DNA from: Eledone cirrhosa
Lineage: Eukaryota
Direction: 5' to 3'
Length of the DNA: 64,000 nucleotides
NCBI GenBank assembly: GCA_964016885.1
Contig: OZ024742.1
Location: 275,032,001 to 275,096,000, forward strand
Part shown: piece after piece, positions 1-11,759 of the stretch
How positions within the stretch are numbered: position 1 is the stretch's first letter
Layout: the number at the start of each line of letters is the position of its first letter
Program-made: the position numbers and the translations under genes
The notes under the pieces: model-generated
What the model saw: only the letters and a program-made list of their open reading frames with translations
Told to the model about the DNA's origin: nothing
Database searches by the model: none

Positions 1-47
1 CTCGTGTAGGACACCCCGTTTTTTTTCATTTTGTAAAAAAACCTCAC

Positions 48-172
<125 letters not shown>

Positions 173-264
173 CCATACATGTATATTTATATACATATAA
201 GAAAATAAGTTGTTTTTTTATTTAAAAATAAAGAGATGATTTACACGAGTGAAAGTATAGGGTA

Positions 265-1865
265 AAGAAATCGAAAATGAATATTTTTACCGGTTTCACC
301 TGTATTATGCTTTTCAAAAGTAGAATTGAGATGGAGGGTTTGTGGTTTTTCTCGCATATGGTTGGTGTTCGAATGTTACTTCTGTTTTTTGTGGAAAAAA
401 TTGGCTCGAATTGCTAGGTTTTAAAAAAAAGTAATTTGATTGGATCATAACTGTCACCTTAATAAGTATAACAAATGTTGCGCCAGTTCCCGTTACAAAT
501 TTCTTAGTTTATTTGCCTTTAAAAAAAGTGTCTCAAATTGTTTTTTCATATATAAGTGAAATTTGGTTGGTTGATGACAGTCACGTGAATAAGCTGATCA
601 ACTTTCCCACCAGTTCGTGTTTGAGGATTCCTTATTGTCATTTTCACGTAAAGAAGTGGCTCAAAATGCTGTTTACTATAAATGTAATTTGATTGGCTAT
701 GACTGTCACGTGAATAAGTACATTAAGTTTCGCTCCATTTTGTATTTGGGGGTTCTTTGTTGCCGTTTTTACAGTCACATAATTTGTCATAGAGAGTTTT
801 GTGCCAAACAATAGATAATGGTCAAGAAAAGGGATGGGGAGAAATCGTTCTCTTTCAGTGCTGAGGGGTTAAAATTCAGACTTTCTATTGAAATAAATTG
901 AATAGTTGTACCCATAGTGGTGTTGGCCACAGGGTAGAAAATAGAGATATATATTTATGTTTGTGTGCGGATGTATGTGTGTTTATGTGGGGGTCAGGGT
1001 GATTCCACTAGTAGAAATGGAAAAGGGAGTTATGTGTGTGTGTGTATGGGTGTTATATGTGTGTGTGTGTAAGGTATGGTTAGCATGTTAAGGTTTTAAA
1101 GTCTATTTAGCTCTGGTTTTTATTTTCGAATATAGAAGAGGGTGTTATGTGTTTGTGGGTATGTATGTGTCTGTTTGGATGGTTAGCATGTTATTGTGTT
1201 AACATATTAATGTTTATTAAACTATATTCCTTGCTGGGCTATATTTTTGAATAAACATATTTTCCTTATTTATTCGTATATGGCCTGTTCTATTGTCAGC
1301 GCATAGATAAAGAGGGAGGACTTGGAATTTGGATGTCTTATCGCTTGTGTATCTGTCTAGATGTGTACTGAGTGGTATCTGTCTCGTAATTGTTAGCGAT
1401 GAATTGTCATCCTTTTTCTGAGCGTGAGCTTAGTTTGTCCTATATAAACTTCATTGCATCCTTTACATTGCATCCTTTACATTGAAAGTACATTTTTTGA
1501 TGAGCAACTGAAGTGATTTTCTACAACGAAATTTTGTCCTGATTGAAATGTATACATGGTGCCTTCAATGAGGTGAGTGCAAGGTCCGCAATTAGAGCGA
1601 CCACATTTTTTTGACAGTTGGTTGTGGGTTTGTGATGGGTAATTTGTCATTGGTGAGTAATGTTTTTAGGGATTTAGGTTATCTTTTGCTTTTGATTATT
1701 TTGTGTGTTTCAAGGGCTTTTTTCATTCTTGGGTCTTGTTTCAATGTTCTTGTGAATAATGTTGCATGCTTCCATATTTCTTGGGTTGTGTGTTGAGATA
1801 TGTGTGTGATAGAATTTTGGACGTACCTTGAATTTGTTTCTGTTTTCGTAATTCATCAATGCTTT
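265..1865 (-). mobile_element. 5'-truncated, decayed Penelope-like retroelement (GIY-YIG end plus long 3' tail/pseudo-LTR)
   Basis: Colinear with 60950-62630 throughout (e.g. tcaaaagtagaattgagat, cagactttctattgaaataaa). The minus-strand frames at 1210-1860 give the PLE endonuclease C-terminus (YIGQTKLTL, EQAIYE*IRKIYVYSK region homologous to ORF 61972-62178). Confidence 0.85.
283..322 (-). ncRNA. degenerate minimal type I hammerhead ribozyme in PLE tail
   Basis: Minus strand reads TTGAAAA-GCA taataca GGT-GAAA-CCGG-TA. GAAACCGGT is the typical PLE minimal-HHR stem III palindrome. Stems I and II are weak. Confidence 0.45.
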
Positions 1866-1889
1866 TTATGAAACCAGAATTGATGAAAC

Positions 1890-1939
<50 letters not shown>

Positions 1940-1969
1940 ATATGTCTCATCAATTCTGGTTTCATAAAA
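1864..1969. repeat. inverted repeat (~30-bp arms) enclosing a (TA)n tract
   Basis: ttttatgaaaccagaattgatgaaacatat ... atatgtctcatcaattctggtttcataaaa, one mismatch. Confidence 0.9.
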
Positions 1970-3724
1970 GACAGAGTTGACATCCAACAGCTTCAATGTC
2001 GATGCTAGGAAAGTGGAAAAAATGTCCCAAAGTAAGCAGTTTGTTAATCTACCATTCCCAATTAATTATATACCAATTTGTTATGTATGTGTACGAAAGT
2101 GTGGTTGTTTGAATATTTGATGTATTCTATTGTTCATACACCTTCAATTCTTCACCACACACATTTCATTCTTATTATTACACAATTTCATATTATTTTC
2201 CTTCGTCACTTTTTTTCATTATATTCTATGTCTTCTTCATTTTTTAACAGCTTGGATAACAATTCCGATTTCATTGAAGACTAACAGCATAAATCATAGG
2301 AACTTTCCAATCTGATTTGTTTTCATTTCACTAACAAAGGCAAACCGATCACATATTTCCGTTTGAAAGAAAAAGAAATAACGATTTCTCATCATAAAAT
2401 GGGTAACCTCTGACCTGCAGCAGCATGATCTCAATAAAACTTATCCATAGTCTCTTAGATTTAAATGTGTAAATGGACTTAACTAACATTAAAGATATTT
2501 AAGTTTAGAAGTTCTTCATTCAGGTCAAACTTTTAAATCGCCACTATTTCTATGATAAACCCCCGCACACATGTGTTTGTGTGTATGTGTGTGTGTGTGT
2601 TTGTGTGTGTATGTGTGTGTGTGTGTGTGTGCGTGCACGTGTGGGATTATAAGATCAGATAAACTTGGATATTGTTGGTCTCAATTCACACAAACCATGT
2701 CTAAAATAATATCAACTGGTAAAGACATATAAGTCATTGCTCACTCAAAGAGGCAATCATTTTATTTCTAAATATAACTGATGTAGGTTGTTTGTGCCAT
2801 ATTTCTTCATTTACCGTTTGGGGTACATGAAGTGTTTTATTTCCTGGATATACCTCTGGATAACTTTTATAGTGTAACGTTCGTTGATATAAAACAGTTG
2901 TGGCTGCAACAGTGTTATATATATTATTTCTATGCTAGACAAACTCAGTTGATTTTCCTTTGGAAAATACTTCCTGTAATTGGCGTACTGTTCAGAATAT
3001 GGAAAATAATTCAATATGTCGAAATCGATTATTGTAATGGTCAAAAGAATGAAAAAAATTGCAAAATTAAATCAATGATAAAATTATCAAATGAATTATG
3101 ATAAAAATAATCCTTGACGTAGACAGAGATAGATATATAGATAGGAATACATAGAAACAGAATGCGTAATGTATAGATCGGAAAAATCAATATGTGTGTG
3201 TGTTGTAAAAGCATAGTGATTTATTTCGCTACCATTTCTAGCAAAACCAGTTACCATGACGTTGATGGATAGATAGATAAATTGATAGAATGATAGATAG
3301 ATAGATAGAGAAATAGATACATAGATGAACAGGAATACATAGAGACAGAAAGAGTAATACATAAATAAATACAACTCAACTGTCATTTATAGCGAGACAG
3401 GTTACCAAAACAGATCACCGTGTACGACAGAAAGGGCACACAGACAGAAAATATAGGGCCAAACGCAGACACTCTAACAGATGTATCCACACGTTTGCTT
3501 AAATGACTGCGTCATTATAGTTCTTTGTCTACCTAATCTCTTTCTGTAACTCTCTTACTAATTCTGTAGCTACCTCGCACTTATATCTATATCTATATCA
3601 ATATCTATATCTATATCTATCTATCTATTTCTCACTCTCTCTCTCTCTCTCTCTCTCTCTTTATATATATATATATATAATATAAAACGAAAAATCAGTG
3701 ATGCATCTGAACTCAATTTATTGT

Positions 3725-3762
3725 GTGTTACAATTGTTTCGCCGGCGGACAGCTCGAGACAC
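3725..3762 (-). ncRNA. hammerhead-like motif with 2-nt core deletion (left arm)
   Basis: GTGT-CTCGA-GCTG tccgc CGGC-GAAAC AATT GTA-ACAC, followed by AATAAA. The core reads as CT[GA]CGA lacking GA. Confidence 0.5.
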
Positions 3763-4392
3763 GATCATTGTGTGGATCTGTCTGATTCTGGAGCCGCAGG
3801 TTTGACGGACACGTCTAATGATTTCGGAGCAAATTCTTTCACTGAGGTGTTAGCGTCAAAAACTTCATCCTCTTCGCGCGTCCTGTTATTGGCCGCTGGT
3901 TGTCTACGTCATCATAATTCTGACCAACAGATATCACTCGGCTGACCATCAGCTGTCCTGTGTCTGCCACACTTCGATGAATTACTGCTGGGTTTGGTAG
4001 TTCACATGCGCACTCATACACACATACACACACACACACGCACAATCAAATAGATAACGACAGTCGTACGCATGGACTCCCGCTATACACGCACATTTAA
4101 GGAGAAAATATAAACCTATAAACATACGCAGACGCAGACGCCTGCCTACATGCCCGTATACTTCAACACACACACACCTACAGGCGCACACACATGCATA
4201 CGCGTATATATACCCGTATACACAAACACGTACAAACATATACATAGACACCCCTCCCCTTTCCTTTTCCCCCATGCACACACACATACACACAAAGTCA
4301 TATAAAGATGCACAATGGGTTATACATGAAAGGATGCATCTTGTTATAAACATGCACATATTTAAACAACATAACCATATACATATATGTAT

Positions 4393-4489
<97 letters not shown>

Positions 4490-5190
4490 CATATATACAT
4501 ACACATACATACACATATATAAAAGCAATATAAAATATATTAAAAGCATACATATAACGTCGCATAAAGATACACAGTGTGCTATACATGGAAGGATGCG
4601 CCCAGTTGTATGTATCTACAGAGATGTTGTTACGTTGCGAACATGGATCAAGCGACATATTGAATCTTTGCGCAAAGTCACATAATGGGCGTTCATGCTA
4701 TTACAGTAAATAGTAAATAGTATGCGCAGACCGTACATAGAAAATGCGTGCAGAAAATATAAAAAAAAAGAAAACATATATAAAAAGAAGAAAGAACGTG
4801 TATGCGTATGAGATAGTACAAAAGAGAAGTATGAGATACATACGGAAAATACAATATGTGTTACAAAATGGAATACGTGGAGAGTATGGACTCTCTATTG
4901 AAAAGATACACATGCATGGGGAGGGGGTGGACCGGCCATACTGGAGTATTTCACTGTGGTTGAGGTATACTGTCTTATAGGCGTAAGGCTTTTGACTGAA
5001 AGTCAATGGAATCCGGGTCAACCTGTCCCAGATCAGGTGATGTTCTTGCCTAGGGTGACGTGGAGAGTTGGGTATGCATCCTGGGTTATTTAAGCTTACC
5101 CCACGGGGCATATATAGTCATCAGGGTATGGTGTCTGATCCCTTGAACCCGTTTCGCCGCTCTGGTCGGTGTGCGCTCCGCCGCATGCAT

Positions 5191-5628
5191 TTACCCTGTG
5201 CTGCCCGGTGGATTCCATGCGGAGAGTGTGAACCTTCTCTGGTGTCTGCACGTCATGATTATTTCCGATTTCAGATTGACCGCATCATCCTTCAGTCTGA
5301 CTATCTCCAAGGACTCAGATACGCATAGCCTACACTTTCTATTTCCAGCCGAGTACTCATTCGCGTGCCGAACGATACTCCAGTCAAGGGCATACGGGGT
5401 GCCTTTGTTTTTCAACTCCCACACCAGGTCCGCCAGCCTAGTAGAGTGCCTCTTACTCCGGTCCTTGAAATAGTTTATGTGGTTATACATCCGCGATTTA
5501 AAGGTCGTGGATGTTGCGCCGATGTAGGTGCGCTTTATATTGTGCGTGCTAACCACACATTTATATACCAGGCCCTTCGTTAGGCATCTTCCCTGCAGGG
5601 GCACTGAGTGCCCGCTCTGCAATTGCAC
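5191..5628 (-). pseudogene. Penelope GIY-YIG endonuclease domain (5'-truncated)
   Basis: PLQGRCLTKGLVYKC...YIGATSTTFKSRMYNH...WELK...WSIV...CRLCVSE...NLKSEIIMTCRH matches the PLE GIY-YIG/CCHH signature. Confidence 0.9.
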
Positions 5629-5908
5629 GTTCTGTCGTTATGTTGTTCATTTCGGACGACTGGCCCTTGATCTGCTACGGCCCTCTCCCGATTCTCAGGG
5701 TGTTGTTCCGCCGACACGGTGGTCTCTCCTCCGCCACTGATTCCCGCCCGGCGTTGGATTGGATTTGTTCATCTTCCGCGGGCATGGCGGCCGCCGTATG
5801 AGCTGGGTTGTTTTCTTTTTTTTATGTATTTTCTGCACGCATTTTCTATGTACGATCTGGGCATACTATTTACTGTAATATATGTATATATGTATATATG
5901 TATATGTG

Positions 5909-5942
<34 letters not shown>

Positions 5943-5967
5943 TATACATGTATATATATATATATAT

Positions 5968-6055
<88 letters not shown>

Positions 6056-6927
6056 GTGTATATATATATGTATATGGTTATATTGTTTATATATGAGCAT
6101 GTTTATAACAAGATGCATCCTTTCATGTATGACCCATTGTGTAACTTTATATGACTTTGTGTGTATATCCTATTTGTGTGTATATATATATATGTATGTA
6201 TCTTTGTATGCGCGCGTGGGCCTGCATGTGAATATGCGCATATTTGTAAGAGTGTATATGAGCCAGTGTGTGTGTGTGTGTGTGTGTACAAGCACCCACT
6301 GTAGGGAAAGGGCTTGTTTGTTTGTATATATATATATATATATGGGGGGGGGGGTGCGAGCGAGTATGTATCTCTGCCTGTATATATGGACACGTGTGTG
6401 TATGTGTGTGTGCATGGGGGAAAAAGGAAAAGGAGGGGTGTCTATGTATATGTCTGTACGTGTTTGTGTATACGGGTATATATACGCGTATACATGTGTG
6501 TGTGTGTGTGTGAGAGAGAGAAGTATACGGGCATGTAGGCAGCCGTCTGGGTATGCGTATGTTTATAGGTTTCTATGTTCTCCCTAAATGTGTGTGTATA
6601 GCGGGAGTCTATGCGTACGAATGTCGTTATCTATGTGATTGTGTGTGTGTGTGTGTATGTGTGTGTGAGTGCGCGCGTGGACGTGTGAACTATCAAACCC
6701 AGCAGTAATTCATCGAAGAGTGGCAGACACAGGACAGCTGATGGTCAGCCGAGCGATACCTGTTGGTCAGAACTATGATGATGTAGAAAACCAGCGGCCA
6801 ATAACAGGACGAGCGAAGAGGATGAAGTTTTTGACGGTAACACCCCAGTGAAAAGATTTGCTCCGAAATCATTAGACGTGTCCGTCGAACCTGCGGATCG
6901 AGAATCAGACAGATCCACACAATGATC

Positions 6928-6965
6928 GTGTCTCGAGCTGTCCGCCGGCGAAACAATTGTAACAC
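6928..6965 (+). ncRNA. hammerhead-like motif with 2-nt core deletion (right arm)
   Basis: Identical to the left-arm motif: gtgt ctcga gctgtccgccggc gaaac aatt gta acac. Confidence 0.5.
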
Positions 6966-7091
6966 ACAATAAATTGAGTTCAGATGCATCACTGATTTTT
7001 CGTTTTATATTATATCATACTCTGGTCTAAGAACATAGAGTGCTCAACCGGCATACCGCCTCTGGAAGCATCTTAGCTACCATCATACACT

Positions 7092-7173
<82 letters not shown>

Positions 7174-7406
7174 TTAGAAACACACAGATACATGCGGACA
7201 TACACATATATACATGAATGCATCCGCACCCAACTGTGAGTTAAGGGTGCCAACTTCACCGATGTTGCTCAATGAATGACTGGGACAGACCAATTCAGTT
7301 GAACTAGACTGAACCAGTATCAGAGTTAAAAATACATTATGAAGAGAGAAGAAACATTTAGATATAATTAGTAATAAAATGTATCATACCTAAACTGCTC
7401 CTAAAT

Positions 7407-7496
7407 TCCTCGACTACGTAGTTTCGTGGCATAAACAAAAACAATATATCATAAAGACATAGAGTCCCTGCGAGGTCTGCCGACTTATCAAGAGGA
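7407..7496 (-). ncRNA. type I hammerhead ribozyme, U3-A8 core variant
   Basis: Reverse-complement copy of 7931-8020. Confidence 0.75.
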
Positions 7497-7930
7497 TACC
7501 TCATTTTACTAGTCTCAAGAACGCGTCTACACGACGTGAGAAAGAATCCCAAAAGGCGGAGGGGGAGATAGTCACGCGATATAACGGTCGAGAAACAGAG
7601 CTAAGCCTCTTATAACCCCGAAGAAAATACCACGGAGGCGGAGGGGGTATTTATATCGAGGCCGTAGAAGAGGTGGTGAAGAAGGCGAGAAGTATGAGTA
7701 ATGGAAGCTTTCCAGCTGTCCCCACACCTCAAAGATTGCTCGACCAGAGGGAGTTATTAACAATATATTTAGAAACACACAGATACATGCGGACACACAC
7801 ATATATACATGAATGCATCCGCACCCAACTGTTTCTCGATCGTTATATCGCGTGACTATCTCCCCCTCCGCCTTTTGGGATTCTTTCTCACGTCGTGTAG
7901 ACGCGTTCTTGAGACTAGTAAAATGAGGTA

Positions 7931-8020
7931 TCCTCTTGATAAGTCGGCAGACCTCGCAGGGACTCTATGTCTTTATGATATATTGTTTTTGTTTATGCCA
8001 CGAAACTACGTAGTCGAGGA
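7931..8020 (+). ncRNA. type I hammerhead ribozyme, U3-A8 core variant
   Basis: Stem I TCCTC/GAGGA; core TTGATAA; stem II GT(C)GGCA...TGCCAC; GAAA; palindromic stem III ACTACGTAGT; GUC cleavage triplet. Confidence 0.78.
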
Positions 8021-8092
8021 ATTTAGGAGCAGTTTAGGTATGATACATTTTATTACTAATTATATCTAAATGTTTCTTCTCTCTTCATAATG

Positions 8093-8149
<57 letters not shown>

Positions 8150-8153
<4 letters not shown>

Positions 8154-8282
8154 AGGAAAAGCGAAGTAGTTTCAGAACATCTGAAACTAGTTCGCTTTTC
8201 CTTATTCGATATTTACTCCGTCACTCCTATGTGGAAAAAGTACGTTGAGTGCTTGAATTGAATTTCATCAATGTTTACCCTA
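8150..8282 (+). mobile_element. very short PLE-type tail fragment with 5' hairpin
   Basis: Hairpin aataaggaaaagcgaagtagtttcaga-aca-tctgaaactagttcgcttttccttatt (8150-8206). The sequence is homologous to the reverse complement of 60511-60612 and is flanked by (GA)n and (TA)n. Confidence 0.7.
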
Positions 8283-8509
8283 ATATATATATATATATAT
8301 ATCCCTTTTATTTTTAATTCTATCATTGTTTTTATTTTCATTTTCTATTTTTTACTTTTTACCTCCCTCCTTAAAATCTCTCTTACTCCTCCTAACAGCT
8401 CCCGTTCTCTCTCTTTCAGAACTGTTTACATGCCAACATAATACCAAGAATGAGGGGCTCGTTCTACTGACATGGCTTTAAAAGGCTGTTTGAATAATTG
8501 CAAACGAAT

Positions 8510-8698
8510 TGAATAGTGGCAGTATCGGTAAGGGTCGGACGCCATGCTTTGAAGCATAGAGTTACCTCCCTTTATGATCTGAGTTCAAATCCCGCCGAGG
8601 TTAACTTTGCCTTTCATCCTTACGGGGTCGATAAAATAAAGTACCAGTAATGCACTGGAATAATTGCTGGCCTTGTGCCAAAAGTAGAAACAATTATT
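8510..8698 (+). mobile_element. tRNA-derived SINE, family 1
   Basis: B-box-like GAGTTCAAATCC; conserved core tttgcctttcatccttacggggtcgataaaataaagtacc (resembles a Nin/Deu-type SINE domain); tail ccttgtgccaaaagtagaaacaattatt. Five copies in the window. Confidence 0.9.
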
Positions 8699-8729
8699 GA
8701 TATTGGAAAAACTCAGATTACATTTATTG

Positions 8730-9009
8730 TATATAAATTCAGCGAGAATCGCATTTCGGCTGGTAGAAAAAGCGAAACGTAACGCAAATTCCGAGTCATG
8801 CTGGCAAGCGCTCCATGGGCTAAATAAGACTAGAGCAATAAACATAGGTTATAAACATAGGCCATACAAACTGAGGAGGCGGTAAAGGAGCCATTAACCA
8901 CCTAAACCAAAAAACAAGTCAAACAAATGACATAATCATATATATATATTTCGTTTCTGAATTTGTTGGCAACATGACCCTCCCAAAGTATAACAACATA
9001 TATATATAA

Positions 9010-9059
<50 letters not shown>

Positions 9060-9665
9060 CAAACCTGGAACCTAGGAATTGATGGTAAATCCAGTACAGG
9101 GTTTCTGTGACACCCAAATCAATAATACTGTCTGCTTAAAACAATAAGCTTTTGTTATAATGATCGAACCAGGAATATCACGTTATCAACAGGTATTTTG
9201 TTCTGCGCCAGTGTTGTGGATGACACAGTGTTTTGTAAAAGAACATGTTTAACTCACAGGGGAAAACCCCCAGATTTTGGCAAATGAAGTCAGTATGTGT
9301 AAATTCATGCAAACAATTGCATAAATAGCACAACTCGAATAAGCTCTCGACCGGGTAGTTTTTAAAATAAACTTATGCAATTAATCTGTCAATAGAATTA
9401 TTAACAGATTAATTGTAAGTTTCGGGAGATTATTACAAGTATAAATTCAGCGAGAATCGCATTTCGGCGGATAGAAAAAGCGAAACGTAACGCAAATTCC
9501 CTGTCACGCTGGCAAGCGCTCCATGGACTAAATAAGACCAGAGAAATAAACATAAGTTATAAAGGCCACATAAACTGAGAAGGCGGTCAAGAGGCCATTA
9601 ACCACCTAAGCCAAAAAACAAGTCAAGCTAAACATGTCAGACAAAATAAATGACATAATCATATA
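8730..9665 (+). repeat. diverged direct repeat pair (~210 bp; 8730-8940 and 9440-9665)
   Basis: Both copies begin tataaattcagcgagaatcgcatttcggc and end aaatgacataatcata(TA)n. Confidence 0.85.
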
Positions 9666-10269
9666 TATATATATATATGGATGAAAAAATGGCGTGCTGC
9701 GTTGTTGCGGATGTGATACATGTGAATTAAAAAATAGAGTAAGAAGCCAGGTCTGTCCATCATCAGTGATCTTCTGGCCATCATAGGTATTACTTCGCAT
9801 TAAAGATCATATACCTCAGGCCAGCGAGAACAATAACTAAATATAGTTATTGGGATAAAAATAATTGGGTGGAGAAAGAGAGACATGTAAACAAACAAGA
9901 ATGGTAAGGCAACGTAAAGGGTGAAACACCAAGTCAGTGATACAAGTGAACATAAGATCTGGCGAATCATTGACGAGAAGACGAAAGGCGCATCCAAGCC
10001 ATGCGAAATGTGAGTGAGAAAAGAATTCCACACGGGTCAGACGAGTGGAAGTGAGAGAGGATGAGTAGCAGAGAGTGAGTGAGTGAAAGTGTGAGGAAGC
10101 GGCTAGCCGAGAGAGGGTGACTAGCAGAGGGGGGTGAATGAAAGTAAGAGGTACAAGGAGAGAGAAGGGGGAGAGAGAAAGAGGATAGCAGTAAGGGAAG
10201 AGAAAGAGACAGGTCACAGCGAAGGGAAAAAGATAGGGATGAAAAATGGCATGCCACGTTGTTGCGGAT

Positions 10270-10315
<46 letters not shown>

Positions 10316-10386
10316 TACCTCTGTATTTTATTTACTTTATTCTTAACTCTGGAGCGGAGAATCATTCGGTTTCCTAGTTAGAATTT

Positions 10387-10633
10387 TAGTCTACGACTTC
10401 AGTTATACCATTTCCGTGGTTTTGTCTTTGCATGCAATTGTTCTCCACGGTCCACATATTATCTTCGTTTTTTCCGTTCAATGCCAGAGAACGTCTCTAT
10501 GAACCACCTAAGAGAATATTAGTCTACGACTTCTTTTATACCATAAACGTGGTTCTGTCTTTGCGTGTAATTGTTTTTCACGTATCATATTCGTTTTATC
10601 CCGTTCTTTGCCAGGGAACGTTACCACGAACCA
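10387..10633 (+). repeat. diverged tandem duplication, ~130-bp unit x2
   Basis: ttagtctacgacttc...ataccat...cgtggtt...gtctttgc...aattgtt...gccag.gaacgt occurs twice. Confidence 0.75.
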
Positions 10634-10773
10634 AAGTATCGTCTTCCTGTCTTCCTCCGGTTGCAACGTTTTTTGAAATATTCACTTCTGCATTTACAGA
10701 TTGACTTTGTTAGCTTCAGAAGATCCCGTTAAGGGTGAAAGCTGCGATTCTTTGCTTAAACTTTAATCTGTTA

Positions 10774-10882
<109 letters not shown>

Positions 10883-10974
10883 CAGGTATATATTCAGTTA
10901 GCAACTCAAAATAGTCTCTTACAACAAAATAGCTCTAAGAAAGAGATATTTCTGAGCCGTATATTATATTATAT

Positions 10975-11266
<292 letters not shown>

Positions 11267-11376
11267 TTGAAATAATGAAAACGAAATTTCATTTCTCACT
11301 CTTAGTATGGTACTTACTTAAATGTAAGTATGTATGTATACGTACATACATATATGTATACAGACGTACAGTAGCA

Positions 11377-11416
<40 letters not shown>

Positions 11417-11759
11417 TACATACAGGTACACATACATATATGCACGCATCAGTTTAGCGGACGCTTATTATAACGCCGCTTTGTTCGTTTGTAAACAAAC
11501 TGAACAGCCTGAATTTATGCCATACGGTGTTAAGGCAACCATGTCACCTTTTTGTTCAACACTGACACAGGAACGATGTACTAGTTTGAAGCTTGTTAGC
11601 TATCATCAGCACCGTATACCCATCTGCCAGATAGTTGAACGTTCGAAATATATATATATATATTATAGTTGCATTTATCTTGCTTTTTGTTCATACGAGT
11701 TATCACCAAGTCACAAACAGTGACCTCAAGAGACAACAAGGTCCGCCATGTTCAAGAAA

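Larger units (their letters stand above)
3670..7015 (-). mobile_element. Penelope-like element remnant with ~1.1-1.2 kb inverted terminal arms
   Basis: GIY-YIG ORF 5191-5628 is flanked by arms 3670-4780 and 5808-7015 that are diverged reverse complements (ORFs 3721-3945+ and 6745-6969- translate near-identically). Confidence 0.88.
7333..8094. repeat. near-perfect inverted repeat (~260-bp arms, ~230-bp spacer) carrying a hammerhead in each arm
   Basis: 7333-7597 is the reverse complement of 7829-8094 (ORFs 7358-7552- and 7809-8069+ share the same translation). The right arm ends in (TA)n(GA)n. Confidence 0.95.

Noticed and set aside
3982-6587. Long ORFs rich in [12 protein letters not shown] (also near 26200, 35200, 44500, 58200, 59300, 60700)
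   Set aside because: These are translations of (TA)n/(TG)n microsatellites, which lack stop codons in some frames; they are not genes.
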